Under the pieces are notes generated by a model that had not been told where the DNA came from, searched no databases, and was given only the letters and a program-made list of their open reading frames with translations. DNA of 48,771 bases from a virus (lineage: Duplodnaviria > Caudoviricetes). This document shows positions 29,959 through 38,294 of the stretch, in pieces; positions within the stretch are counted from its first letter, which is position 1; each line of letters starts with the position of its first letter. The translations under genes and the position numbers were made by a program. The stretch lies in IMG/VR virus record IMGVR_UViG_3300030104_005458, positions 1-48,771 of that record. One strand, 5' to 3'.

Positions 29959-30015
29959 AGCCTAGAGTCGGCTCTATCCCTTTGGGATAGCTAGGTTCGA
30001 TTCCTAGCTAGGCTT
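29959..30015 (+). ncRNA. D-arm-less tRNA-like element
   Basis: AGCCTAG/CTAGGCT acceptor-like stem, CTAGG-TTCGATT-CCTAG T-arm, CTATCCC/GGGATAG middle hairpin. Confidence 0.6.
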
Positions 30016-30193
30016 CTATATCCTCGGCATAGACCGACAAATCGGAGCAATCCGGGGAGTAGCTAGGGAGTAATACGAAGTATTACACCCAGCTAAGACA
30101 AAAAATTGTGCTAGAACACCCTATAACGACGGCATAGGACATCCTAGCAAGAACACCCAAAACCATAGCCGTCATAAATGGAGTAAACACCCT

Positions 30194-30673
30194 ATGAAGA
30201 ATAACATAGAAGCAGTATTAACACCCAACAATAGAAGTGATAACCCCTCGAATTATCTTTATGATGTAAAAGAGGGAGATGTCGTCGTATCTGTCGAGAT
30301 TACCAATGGAGATTATACATGGCAAAGAAAGCTCGTCGGCTTTTCAACAGACATGGAGACTAGAACGGCGCTGAAAAGCAACCTTAATGTCGACCTATTA
30401 AAAGAGATAGCAAGGACTAATTGGGAGAACCATTACGACGAGGAAGGTGACCATTATATGACTGATATGGAAAGTAGACTATTCATTGAAAAGTCAGAAT
30501 GGAAAGAACTAGGATGGCAAAGCACTAGCTTTGAATTAGAGGATGCAAAAATTGAATATATTCAAGGAAAATGGTTTATTAACAACAGGGATTTAAACCA
30601 ACTGATAGTTTTAGATACAGAGACTAAAGACCGACCATTTTTAAGATGGGTATATAACTATTACCGAGGTTAG
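30194..30673 (+). CDS. Hypothetical early protein
   Basis: GGAG RBS, 159 aa. Confidence 0.75.
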   Translation: MKNNIEAVLTPNNRSDNPSNYLYDVKEGDVVVSVEITNGDYTWQRKLVGFSTDMETRTALKSNLNVDLLKEIARTNWENHYDEEGDHYMTDMESRLFIEKSEWKELGWQSTSFELEDAKIEYIQGKWFINNRDLNQLIVLDTETKDRPFLRWVYNYYRG

Positions 30674-30707
30674 CACTTAATGAACAACTATAAGCAAGGA
30701 GTATAAA

Positions 30708-30980
30708 ATGGGATATTCAAAATTAAAAAGCTATGAATTTTTTATCTTTGAAATGTCTGATGACATCGACATCAAACTAGCCGAAAACGGCGCTGATAGG
30801 GAATTAGACTTTGATAGAGAGAGGGAGTATCAAGAACATTACGACAGATATGTTGAAGAATGGACAAAGATAAGTAAAGCCTTTGGCTCTATGAAGAATT
30901 TTTTAGTGTATTTTGGAGAGTATTTCCTAGAAGATATGATTATTCGAGGGGAATCTTGGGAAAATCCATATACAGAATAA
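30708..30980 (+). CDS. Acidic hypothetical early protein
   Basis: AAGGAG RBS; D/E and aromatic rich. Confidence 0.75.
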   Translation: MGYSKLKSYEFFIFEMSDDIDIKLAENGADRELDFDREREYQEHYDRYVEEWTKISKAFGSMKNFLVYFGEYFLEDMIIRGESWENPYTE

Positions 30981-31294
30981 CTATAACTGAGGAGAATAGA
31001 ATGTTAGTAAAAGACCTAAAATATCTTAAGGCTTGGGTTAAGCAAGCCTCAAAACGACACTCTGACAAATATGTAAGAGGATTTGTTGATAGTGTGATAA
31101 TAATCGACGAAGTATTAGACAATATAGAGGAGCTTGTAGTGAAAGTGGCGCAAGAAACAGATTTGCTAGATTATAACGACGAAATAAAACATCTAGTAGC
31201 GGTAAGGCTAGAAAAAGACAAAATAAAAGAACGCCAAGCTTTAAAGAGGGCAAAAGCCAAGAGATTTGAAAGTAAAACCAAACCTAGCATTTAA
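30956..31294 (+). CDS. Hypothetical early protein (start probably ATG at 31001)
   Basis: GAGGAG upstream of MLVKDLKY. Confidence 0.65.
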   Translation: MGKSIYRITITEENRMLVKDLKYLKAWVKQASKRHSDKYVRGFVDSVIIIDEVLDNIEELVVKVAQETDLLDYNDEIKHLVAVRLEKDKIKERQALKRAKAKRFESKTKPSI

Positions 31295-31345
31295 AAAAAA
31301 GCTTTAAATGCTAGAACAACCAATAACAAACCATAGGAGAGAGCT

Positions 31346-31585
31346 ATGATAGATAACATAAAAAACCATAATGGGAATATAATTCCCAACCTAAAAGTTC
31401 AGAATGATGTAATAACATCATACGAAACCGATGTAGCAGTAATAGACCATAAATCGAAGACAATTAAGGCGCATAAATGGTACTCACAGACTACCACTAA
31501 ACACATAAAAGCGGTAGCCGAATTATACCAAGGCTATGCTATTGTTGTCGTCGATACAAAAAATAAAAGCGGATGGAGGAAATAA
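31346..31585 (+). CDS. Conserved phage early protein (SYxT...YSxTTxKH family)
   Basis: SYETDVA and WYSQTTTKH motifs; AGGAG RBS. Confidence 0.75.
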   Translation: MIDNIKNHNGNIIPNLKVQNDVITSYETDVAVIDHKSKTIKAHKWYSQTTTKHIKAVAELYQGYAIVVVDTKNKSGWRK

Positions 31586-31746
31586 TGGAAACAATAATCG
31601 AGAATATATTGTTCAGATTACACCTTAATAAAACCTTAAAAAAGGTTTTTGGATATGGATTCTTCGCGTCTAAGGCATGCGAACATGAAGAGCCGTTACA
31701 CTTCCACCATGATGGATGCCCGGCTTGCTATGTGGAGGGGAAATAA
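31585..31746 (+). CDS. 53-aa protein with Cys/His metal-binding tail (not in ORF track)
   Basis: METIIENIL...CEHEEPLHFHHDGCPACYVEGK; GGAGG RBS, coupled start and stop. Confidence 0.7.
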   Translation: METIIENILFRLHLNKTLKKVFGYGFFASKACEHEEPLHFHHDGCPACYVEGK

Positions 31747-31886
31747 TGAGGGTATTTAATGAAATAATGGACTTTATCGAATGGCTATTAATCGAGAATA
31801 ATACACAAGGCTTAAAAATACTCATAGCATGGATAGCGTTAGGATTACTCTTCGCGTTCATTCAAGTCTGGACTCAGAGCCTTTAA
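31746..31886 (+). CDS. 46-aa membrane peptide (not in ORF track)
   Basis: MRVFNEIMDF...ILIAWIALGLLFAFIQVWTQSL; GGAGG RBS. Confidence 0.6.
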   Translation: MRVFNEIMDFIEWLLIENNTQGLKILIAWIALGLLFAFIQVWTQSL

Positions 31887-31984
31887 TATTATTTCTAGCA
31901 TAGGAATGTAAATGACTATGCTAGAAATAATAAAACAATACAACCAACAACCAAAACCGCCGAGAGAGTCGGCAAGGAGTATAA

Positions 31985-33208
31985 ATGGGAGACTATAGCA
32001 GAAGAGAACTAAGGGCTATGAGACATAGCCGAATCAAAAAGCTAGCAATAGCTAAATGTCGGCAGACTAGCCAAGCTAGTTCATGGGTACAATCGTCAAA
32101 GCAAGACGAATTAATCGAGTTTTTAGTCGAGGGTAAAAAACCCGGTCAAACACCGCCACCGACAATGCCGGAGACGACACCAACAAAAACCCCCTATGAA
32201 AACCCGAATCCAAGCCCGCAGCCGAGTGCTAGCGCAGGTAGCTTAGAAGATATGCTAGCCGACAAGGTAGCAGAGAGACTAGGGGATGACATCTTCAAGA
32301 AAACCGAGGGTTTAAAGGATGCTTTTATAGAGAGTGTTGCCGAGGAAACAAAGAAAATGAAAACCCTAGTCGAAGATAAGATGAAGGACTTACAGAACCC
32401 GGTATATGTGAAGATTAACGACGTCGAAGTTAAAAAGACCGATGGACTGAAACATAAGCAGTTTCCATTTGTGCTAGAATGCTTAAAGCATTTCAAGCGT
32501 GTATGGTTATGTGGTCCGAGTGGTACCGGGAAGTCGTACCTTATCGAACAATGTGCTAATGCTTTAGGCTTCGAGAAAGAAAGAGGTGAATATGAATACC
32601 TAAAGGGTACAGGAGGAGTAACTGAGGCTCATATGACAGGGAGAATGACATTTGACGGAACATTTATTGATGGAGCAGTTGCTAGAGCCTTTAGAAATGG
32701 TACATTTCTATGCTTAGATGAATTTGATGCTTTCGATGCAAATGCCGGTCTAGTATTTAATAGTGTGCTAGATGGACAAGGTATTTTAGCGACTCCAAAT
32801 GACAAGGACAATCCGATGGTGCTAAAACATGACAATTTTCATGTTTCAGTAGCCACAAACACATGGGGAGATGGTACGGATTTTAATTATGCCGGTAGAG
32901 GACAGATTGACATGGCGACCTTAGACAGACTGCAATCGGTCAAGGTTTTTGTCGATTACGACAAGAATATTGAAAGAGCGCTAGTTGGAGACTTTACAGA
33001 TACGGCAGATGTATTATGGAATCTTCGCAGTAGATGTAAGGATGAGCATGTAAAGAGAATAATTAGCACGAGATTATTTGTCGATGCTCAAAAATGGAGA
33101 TTAGCCGGAAAATCAAATAAGCAGTTTCTCGATATAATAACTACAGATTGGACGAAAGAGGAAATTGCTAAAGTTAACATTAAACAAATATTAAAGGAGA
33201 GTAAATAA
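31985..33208 (+). CDS. MoxR/CobS-like AAA+ ATPase
   Basis: GPSGTGKS Walker A, LCLDEFD Walker B, ATNT sensor 1, ATLDRL Arg finger, ISTR sensor 2. Confidence 0.9.
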   Translation: MGDYSRRELRAMRHSRIKKLAIAKCRQTSQASSWVQSSKQDELIEFLVEGKKPGQTPPPTMPETTPTKTPYENPNPSPQPSASAGSLEDMLADKVAERLGDDIFKKTEGLKDAFIESVAEETKKMKTLVEDKMKDLQNPVYVKINDVEVKKTDGLKHKQFPFVLECLKHFKRVWLCGPSGTGKSYLIEQCANALGFEKERGEYEYLKGTGGVTEAHMTGRMTFDGTFIDGAVARAFRNGTFLCLDEFDAFDANAGLVFNSVLDGQGILATPNDKDNPMVLKHDNFHVSVATNTWGDGTDFNYAGRGQIDMATLDRLQSVKVFVDYDKNIERALVGDFTDTADVLWNLRSRCKDEHVKRIISTRLFVDAQKWRLAGKSNKQFLDIITTDWTKEEIAKVNIKQILKESK

Positions 33209-34095
33209 TGAGCAACAGATTCGATAGAATTTTAGAGCCTAAAATTATCAACGACAAATTCGAGGGTAAGCACGCTATTGTTCACATGACAGACATGCGA
33301 ACTTTAATTGAGTGTATATATGAGAATGAATTGTTTACCGACGAGAGAGGTAAAAAATGGCAATATGGTAAACATATTGTCGGCAGAGAAAATCTAAAGC
33401 GCGCTCTGACCATAGGCAGAACATCTGACTCGATGATGAGATTGTACCAAAAACTTCGTGCTAGCATAGATACTAGAATCGACGTTTCTAAGTTCGTAGG
33501 CAAGGGGTTATCATGTAAACGAAAGCGTGTTCGCAGAGATGATGGAGACGATTTAAGTATGTCGAGATTAATGGGTGGCTCCGACCAATATTGGGAGACT
33601 ACTATTCGGAAGTCTAAGCGTGCGAATGTGAGAATTGGTATGAATATGGCAATATCTCACGAACATAGAGAGCGTGATTTTGCAAGACTTGGAGCCACGC
33701 TAGCATGTATTTGTGATGTTATTACAAAGCTGGGATATGGTGTGGAAGTTATTGCCTATAACTTTGTTAGGTATAACGGAAAACATAAGTGGAAACATTG
33801 GGGTATGTCAGTACCAATTAAAATGCCTAACGAGCCTATGGATATACACAGACTTATGACCGCCGGCTTACCCGGACTATTCAGAGATTATATGTTCGGC
33901 TTAATGGAGAAAAAATACAAGTTCGGCTATGGTCTTGGTCGCCAATGTGAAACTACAGATACATATAAGCGCGAATTAAATCTAATCCATGCGGTAGAGC
34001 AACGATTCTGTAAAACCGATGACGACACTATCGACGGACTAGAAAAGGCACTTCAAACAATAGCGAATCCACCGAAATGGATGAGTATTAATTAA
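33208..34095 (+). CDS. vWA/CobT-like partner of the AAA+ ATPase
   Basis: DGDDLSMSR motif then beta-alpha pattern VRIGMNMAIS...GYGVEVI...IKMPNE; translationally coupled to the ATPase. Confidence 0.65.
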   Translation: MSNRFDRILEPKIINDKFEGKHAIVHMTDMRTLIECIYENELFTDERGKKWQYGKHIVGRENLKRALTIGRTSDSMMRLYQKLRASIDTRIDVSKFVGKGLSCKRKRVRRDDGDDLSMSRLMGGSDQYWETTIRKSKRANVRIGMNMAISHEHRERDFARLGATLACICDVITKLGYGVEVIAYNFVRYNGKHKWKHWGMSVPIKMPNEPMDIHRLMTAGLPGLFRDYMFGLMEKKYKFGYGLGRQCETTDTYKRELNLIHAVEQRFCKTDDDTIDGLEKALQTIANPPKWMSIN

Positions 34096-34154
34096 TTATT
34101 ACTTGAGCTTTAAGTGAAAGTAATAATTAATTAAATAAACCAACAGGAGACAAC

Positions 34155-34643
34155 ATGAGTGTCAAAAAATCAGAAATTGAATCAAAATTTGGACTGCCAA
34201 AACAAGCGAGGGATAGAATTTTAAAAGATGCGCTTAGTAAATGTGATGCAATTACGGATAAGATAGCGTGTGAAGAGATAATCCGGTTTTGCACAAACAC
34301 AATACTAATGTCGGTTAGTAAAGTTTTAAGCGGTGTTTCTGACGAAGATTTTAAGCAAGAACATCGAGTCCATTTAATCTCAACAATGGTTGCTGATATT
34401 GAAACTTTAATTATGCCGGTGGTATCTAGGCTACTAGATAAAGACCCGGCAAAAGGAACATTTGACGGAACTAGGCTCGCAAGGGAGACAAATACCATCC
34501 GAGAAAATGAAACATTTCATGTAGAACACATAATTACAGACAAGGGGCAAGAAATGCGAGTTAGTGTAGGTACAGAAATGCCTAGAGAGGTAGCTGAATT
34601 CATGGAAAGTTTTGACGAGAATACTATCGTCGGCAAATCTTAA
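34155..34643 (+). CDS. Hypothetical early protein
   Basis: AGGAG RBS. Confidence 0.75.
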   Translation: MSVKKSEIESKFGLPKQARDRILKDALSKCDAITDKIACEEIIRFCTNTILMSVSKVLSGVSDEDFKQEHRVHLISTMVADIETLIMPVVSRLLDKDPAKGTFDGTRLARETNTIRENETFHVEHIITDKGQEMRVSVGTEMPREVAEFMESFDENTIVGKS

Positions 34644-34670
34644 TCAATAACAAAACAAGGGAGCATAAAT

Positions 34671-34895
34671 ATGCACATAAGTACAATTAAATTATCAGAA
34701 AAAGCTGAAATCCGAGTATCTAAAGATACTGTAAATGAAAAAACTTTTGGTCAAGTTCGCACATGGATAAGAAAAAAAGATAGCGACGAATTTATCCCAA
34801 CAAGAAAAGGGATAGCGTTTGACCTTGCCTATACTGATGATATAGTAAAAGGTTTGTTGACTCTCGCTGATACTACGGAAGGTGCTAGTTCATAA
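34671..34895 (+). CDS. PC4/YdbC-like ssDNA-binding protein
   Basis: EIRVS...VRTW...PTRKGIAF motif. Confidence 0.8.
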   Translation: MHISTIKLSEKAEIRVSKDTVNEKTFGQVRTWIRKKDSDEFIPTRKGIAFDLAYTDDIVKGLLTLADTTEGASS

Positions 34896-34919
34896 TTCCG
34901 TAGTGAACACATACCACAA

Positions 34920-34948
34920 TGGGGGCGGTTTATGGTTTTCCGCCCCCA
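34920..34948 (+). other. GC-rich intergenic hairpin
   Basis: TGGGGGCGG-N11-CCGCCCCCA; no U-tract on + strand. Confidence 0.6.
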
Positions 34949-34983
34949 CAAACCATGAGAATTAACTTAGGAGAGCGAACATT

Positions 34984-35727
34984 ATGAATGTAAAACAAAA
35001 ACATAGTGAAATTTATATGACGACAGACTATTCGATGTTTTCTAGCATGAAACACAATCGAAATGTAAGTGAGGCGCATATTCATAGGCTTATGAAAAGC
35101 ATGAGCGAAAAACAATACCCTGTACCTATAGTCGTCAATGAAAAAAATGAAATAGCTGATGGGCAAAACAGATTCGAGGCAATTAAAGCGCTTAATTTGC
35201 CTGTATATTATATGGTAATCCCCGGACTAACTATTGACGATGTTAAAAGACTTAACCGAGATAATAAGACATGGAACGAAATAGATTATGCTGAAAGTAA
35301 CGCGTCTCAAGGTCGTTCTAGCTACAAACAATACTTGCTTTTCAGAAAAGAGTTCGGATTTGGACACATGATAACGCTCTCACTACTTGCAGACCACACA
35401 AGCGACCAAAAATTTGTAAATAAATTATTTTACGACGGAGCTTTGGAGGTAAAAGATTATGAGCTAGCACGAACTAATGCTAACAAGCTTAGAGCGTGTA
35501 GGGAGTTTTATGATGGGTGGAAGATGCGCTCGTTTGTATATGCTATGCTGAAATTATTCAAGTCGCCGGAATACGACCATAAAAGATTTCTGAAAAAGCT
35601 AGCACTAAAACCTAGAGAATATATACGAAACTTAAGGCTGATAAGAAATATTGTAGATGCGAATAGAGCCATCGAAGATATTTATAACTATAATACCACA
35701 AGCAATAAGAAAGTGAGGCTTTATTAG
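34984..35727 (+). CDS. ParB/Srx-like (DGQHR-type) domain protein
   Basis: NRNV...PIVVN...IADGQNRFEA motif. Confidence 0.8.
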   Translation: MNVKQKHSEIYMTTDYSMFSSMKHNRNVSEAHIHRLMKSMSEKQYPVPIVVNEKNEIADGQNRFEAIKALNLPVYYMVIPGLTIDDVKRLNRDNKTWNEIDYAESNASQGRSSYKQYLLFRKEFGFGHMITLSLLADHTSDQKFVNKLFYDGALEVKDYELARTNANKLRACREFYDGWKMRSFVYAMLKLFKSPEYDHKRFLKKLALKPREYIRNLRLIRNIVDANRAIEDIYNYNTTSNKKVRLY

Positions 35728-36002
35728 TGAAGAGAATAGAAGTTGGTACACTTGTTATATGTGATTTTTGCGGTCAAGAAAACGATTCAATGGGTGGTGT
35801 ATTAATTGGGAGCAATGCGGTGTGCGGTGTGTGTGTAGATAAAGATGGAAAAGACAAACCGGATTACATATATGCAGATGAAGTTGATAAAATATTTGAC
35901 AAGAAAAAAACATTTAAAGACAATGTTCTAGCATACCGAAAAGAAATGTCCGGCACAGAAAGGGGTTGGATAGAGATATGGGGCGAGGAAGAATTAAATT
36001 AA
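35727..36002 (+). CDS. Small Zn-finger protein
   Basis: CDFC...CGVC. Confidence 0.65.
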   Translation: MKRIEVGTLVICDFCGQENDSMGGVLIGSNAVCGVCVDKDGKDKPDYIYADEVDKIFDKKKTFKDNVLAYRKEMSGTERGWIEIWGEEELN

Positions 36003-36011
36003 GGAAATAAA

Positions 36012-36212
36012 ATGAGCGAAACAACAGATTGCATAGATAAAGAAAGTCAAATAGAAAGACTTGAGTACATTCAAGAAAAAACTAAATACAATGTTGTTTA
36101 TTGTGGAAAGTGCGGAATCGCTTTAATTGTATTAACCGCGCATGAATTAGTTAAGTGTGATGAGTGTGGATTTTGGTCTGACTATTGCGACTTTCCGGAC
36201 ATAGTTTATTAA
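36012..36212 (+). CDS. Small Zn-ribbon protein
   Basis: CGKCG...CDECG...CDFPD. Confidence 0.7.
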   Translation: MSETTDCIDKESQIERLEYIQEKTKYNVVYCGKCGIALIVLTAHELVKCDECGFWSDYCDFPDIVY

Positions 36213-36275
36213 TTATTACTTGATACTTTAGTGAAAGTAATAATTAATTAAAATAACAAAAAGGAAATAAACACC

Positions 36276-36407
36276 ATGAGAACAGAAAAAGAAATAAGAG
36301 AAGTTCTTGCCGTTGAAAAAGAAACTTGGTCAGATGGTAATCAGACCGACATGGTTATTAAGGGGTGGATTGAGGCGCTTGAGTATGTTTTAGGTGGAGA
36401 AGAGTAA
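36276..36407 (+). CDS. 43-aa protein, GxIEALxxVL family (not in ORF track)
   Basis: MRTEKEIREVL...KGWIEALEYVLGGEE; AAGGA RBS. Confidence 0.7.
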   Translation: MRTEKEIREVLAVEKETWSDGNQTDMVIKGWIEALEYVLGGEE

Positions 36408-36625
36408 TGAGCGAATATGGAAATTACCTTCGTGATAAAGATTATAAAAAAGTAGCCGAGTGGGTGGTTTATCAATCCGACGACCCCATAGGTGAAGTAG
36501 CGTACTTGCTAGAAAATTTAGACAAATTTGCAGTACTAGCGAATAAAGTAAACCGATTAATTAGCGTAGAATATGCCGATTTGCTAGAACAACTTAAAAA
36601 CAACCAACAACAAAAGGAGAAATAA
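36407..36625 (+). CDS. Hypothetical early protein
   Basis: Coupled start. Confidence 0.65.
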   Translation: MSEYGNYLRDKDYKKVAEWVVYQSDDPIGEVAYLLENLDKFAVLANKVNRLISVEYADLLEQLKNNQQQKEK

Positions 36626-36626
36626 C

Positions 36627-37109
36627 ATGGGATTAGACATGTATTTAACAGAGCAATTATATTATGGCGGTCAATGGCGCGATAGCGATTGGCACAATGA
36701 AGGACACACCCTAATAGTAAAAGGCGAATTCGCAGAAAAACACGACCTTAAAAAAGAGCAGATAAGTACGATAACAAGAAATCTAGCTGAATGGAGAAAA
36801 GCAAACTCTATACATGGATGGTTTATAAGAAATTGTGCTAACGGAGTAGATGATTGCAACGAAGTTGAAGTTACTCAAGAGGATATACAAGCGCTCTATG
36901 ATAATTGCCTAGAAGTCAAAAAAGCTTTTGAGAAAAATGATTTTGAGACTTGCCTAGCACTATTACCCCCTGTAGAAGGGTTTTTCTTTGGAGATACAGA
37001 AGTCGATAACGAGTGGTATTACCAAGATATAAAAGACACAATCGATATTTTAAAACCGCTTATAGAAAATCCACCTAAAGGATTTATGTACTACAGAGCA
37101 AGTTGGTAA
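36627..37109 (+). CDS. Conserved phage protein (MGLDMY...WRKAN...GFFFG...YRASW family)
   Basis: Recognisable widespread phage motif set; AAGGAG RBS. Confidence 0.8.
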   Translation: MGLDMYLTEQLYYGGQWRDSDWHNEGHTLIVKGEFAEKHDLKKEQISTITRNLAEWRKANSIHGWFIRNCANGVDDCNEVEVTQEDIQALYDNCLEVKKAFEKNDFETCLALLPPVEGFFFGDTEVDNEWYYQDIKDTIDILKPLIENPPKGFMYYRASW

Positions 37110-37121
37110 GGGGTGCTAGCA

Positions 37122-37280
37122 ATGAAAAGCAAAAAGAAAATAAAGTCGCGGTTAAAAAATCAAAAGCAATTATTAGAGATTCAAAATCCAAAATATAATT
37201 TAGACAGAGCATATTACGAAGGAACTATTGAGGCTTTAAAATGGGTTTTGAGCGATGAATCAATTACCGGATGGGATTAA
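37122..37280 (+). CDS. 52-aa protein, GxIEALxxVL family (not in ORF track)
   Basis: MKSKKKIKSRL...EGTIEALKWVLSDESITGWD. Confidence 0.65.
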   Translation: MKSKKKIKSRLKNQKQLLEIQNPKYNLDRAYYEGTIEALKWVLSDESITGWD

Positions 37281-37303
37281 AAACATAAAAAAGGAGAATA
37301 ATA

Positions 37304-37504
37304 ATGATAATACCAATAGACGAATATATAAAATTAATAGCTAGGTATATGGCTAGCGACGAAAGAGATAAAAACTACATATATGAAATGATTGTGTGGA
37401 TGCTTACGAAAATATATAAAGAAGAACCTCCGGCAGACGCTACTATGCCTAATATTCTAGCAGATTGGGATGCGGTTATTCAGCATGCAGAGGAGGAAGA
37501 ATGA
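37304..37504 (+). CDS. Hypothetical early protein
   Basis: AAGGAG RBS. Confidence 0.7.
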   Translation: MIIPIDEYIKLIARYMASDERDKNYIYEMIVWMLTKIYKEEPPADATMPNILADWDAVIQHAEEEE

Positions 37505-37647
37505 GAAGAATAGAACATTGGACGATTAAAGTAACTTGGGATGATTCTGAGGAAGAATATTTATATGAAATACCTCAATGGATTGCTGATGTAGTAGAAC
37601 CATATTTAGATGGTTTAGAACAAGAAAATAATGAAGAGGAAGAATAA
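37501..37647 (+). CDS. Small acidic protein
   Basis: MRRIEHW... with GAGGAGG RBS; ATGA overlap. Confidence 0.65.
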   Translation: MRRIEHWTIKVTWDDSEEEYLYEIPQWIADVVEPYLDGLEQENNEEEE

Positions 37648-37806
37648 ATGGGGCATAGCACATTTAGACCGGTAGCAAAATGTTTAGGGGCAACAGTTTG
37701 CGAGTATTGTATGGAAGATGTTGGGTATGCACTTAGTGAAGTAGATGATTATTATTGTGATGATTGCATTGAATATTTTAAAGAACAAGGAAAAGAGAGG
37801 GTGTAA
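37648..37806 (+). CDS. 52-aa Zn-finger protein (not in ORF track)
   Basis: MGHSTFRPVAKC...CEYC...CDDC. Confidence 0.65.
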   Translation: MGHSTFRPVAKCLGATVCEYCMEDVGYALSEVDDYYCDDCIEYFKEQGKERV

Positions 37807-37810
37807 ATAA

Positions 37811-38065
37811 ATGAGCAAACCAAAATTAGATTATGGCTATGGTTATAATGAATTAAATTCAATACGAATTGTATGGTGCATAGATGATGTTAGGCAATCT
37901 TTATCGCAGTTGCCGGATAAATACAAGAACGAAACACTTACAGATGATGAGTGCATGGATATACTTGATTATGTAGAGAGACAACACGATGCTAACATTG
38001 GAATATCGTGGGATAATATAGAGTGGGCAATTCAAGACCATATTGATGAGAGGAATTGGGATTAA
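37811..38065 (+). CDS. Conserved acidic phage protein
   Basis: IVWCIDDV...LTDDEC...HDANIGISWD motif. Confidence 0.75.
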   Translation: MSKPKLDYGYGYNELNSIRIVWCIDDVRQSLSQLPDKYKNETLTDDECMDILDYVERQHDANIGISWDNIEWAIQDHIDERNWD

Positions 38066-38099
38066 AACAATTTACCAACCAACAAAAAGGAGTGCTAGT

Positions 38100-38294
38100 A
38101 TGCAAGAAAATAGAGTAACCAAAGAAAAGTTTAAGGCTTATGTGAGCGTGCAAAAGTCCGGACAATTTAACATGTTTGACCCAAGAGCGCGCGAAATGGC
38201 TAATACACTTATGAAAGACGACCATATTGAAAGAGAAGATTGGATTTCTATAATTCAAAATTACAAAAAATATGAAAATGAGTTTAGCGCATGA
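38100..38294 (+). CDS. DUF5049-like protein
   Basis: VQKSGQFNMFD motif; AAGGAG RBS before ATG at 38100. Confidence 0.65.
   Translation: MQENRVTKEKFKAYVSVQKSGQFNMFDPRAREMANTLMKDDHIEREDWISIIQNYKKYENEFSA

Noticed and set aside
29959-30015. Canonical tRNA-Lys(TTT)
   Set aside because: No D-arm, no U33, loop can close further into a 7-bp stem, no CCA; kept only as tRNA-like
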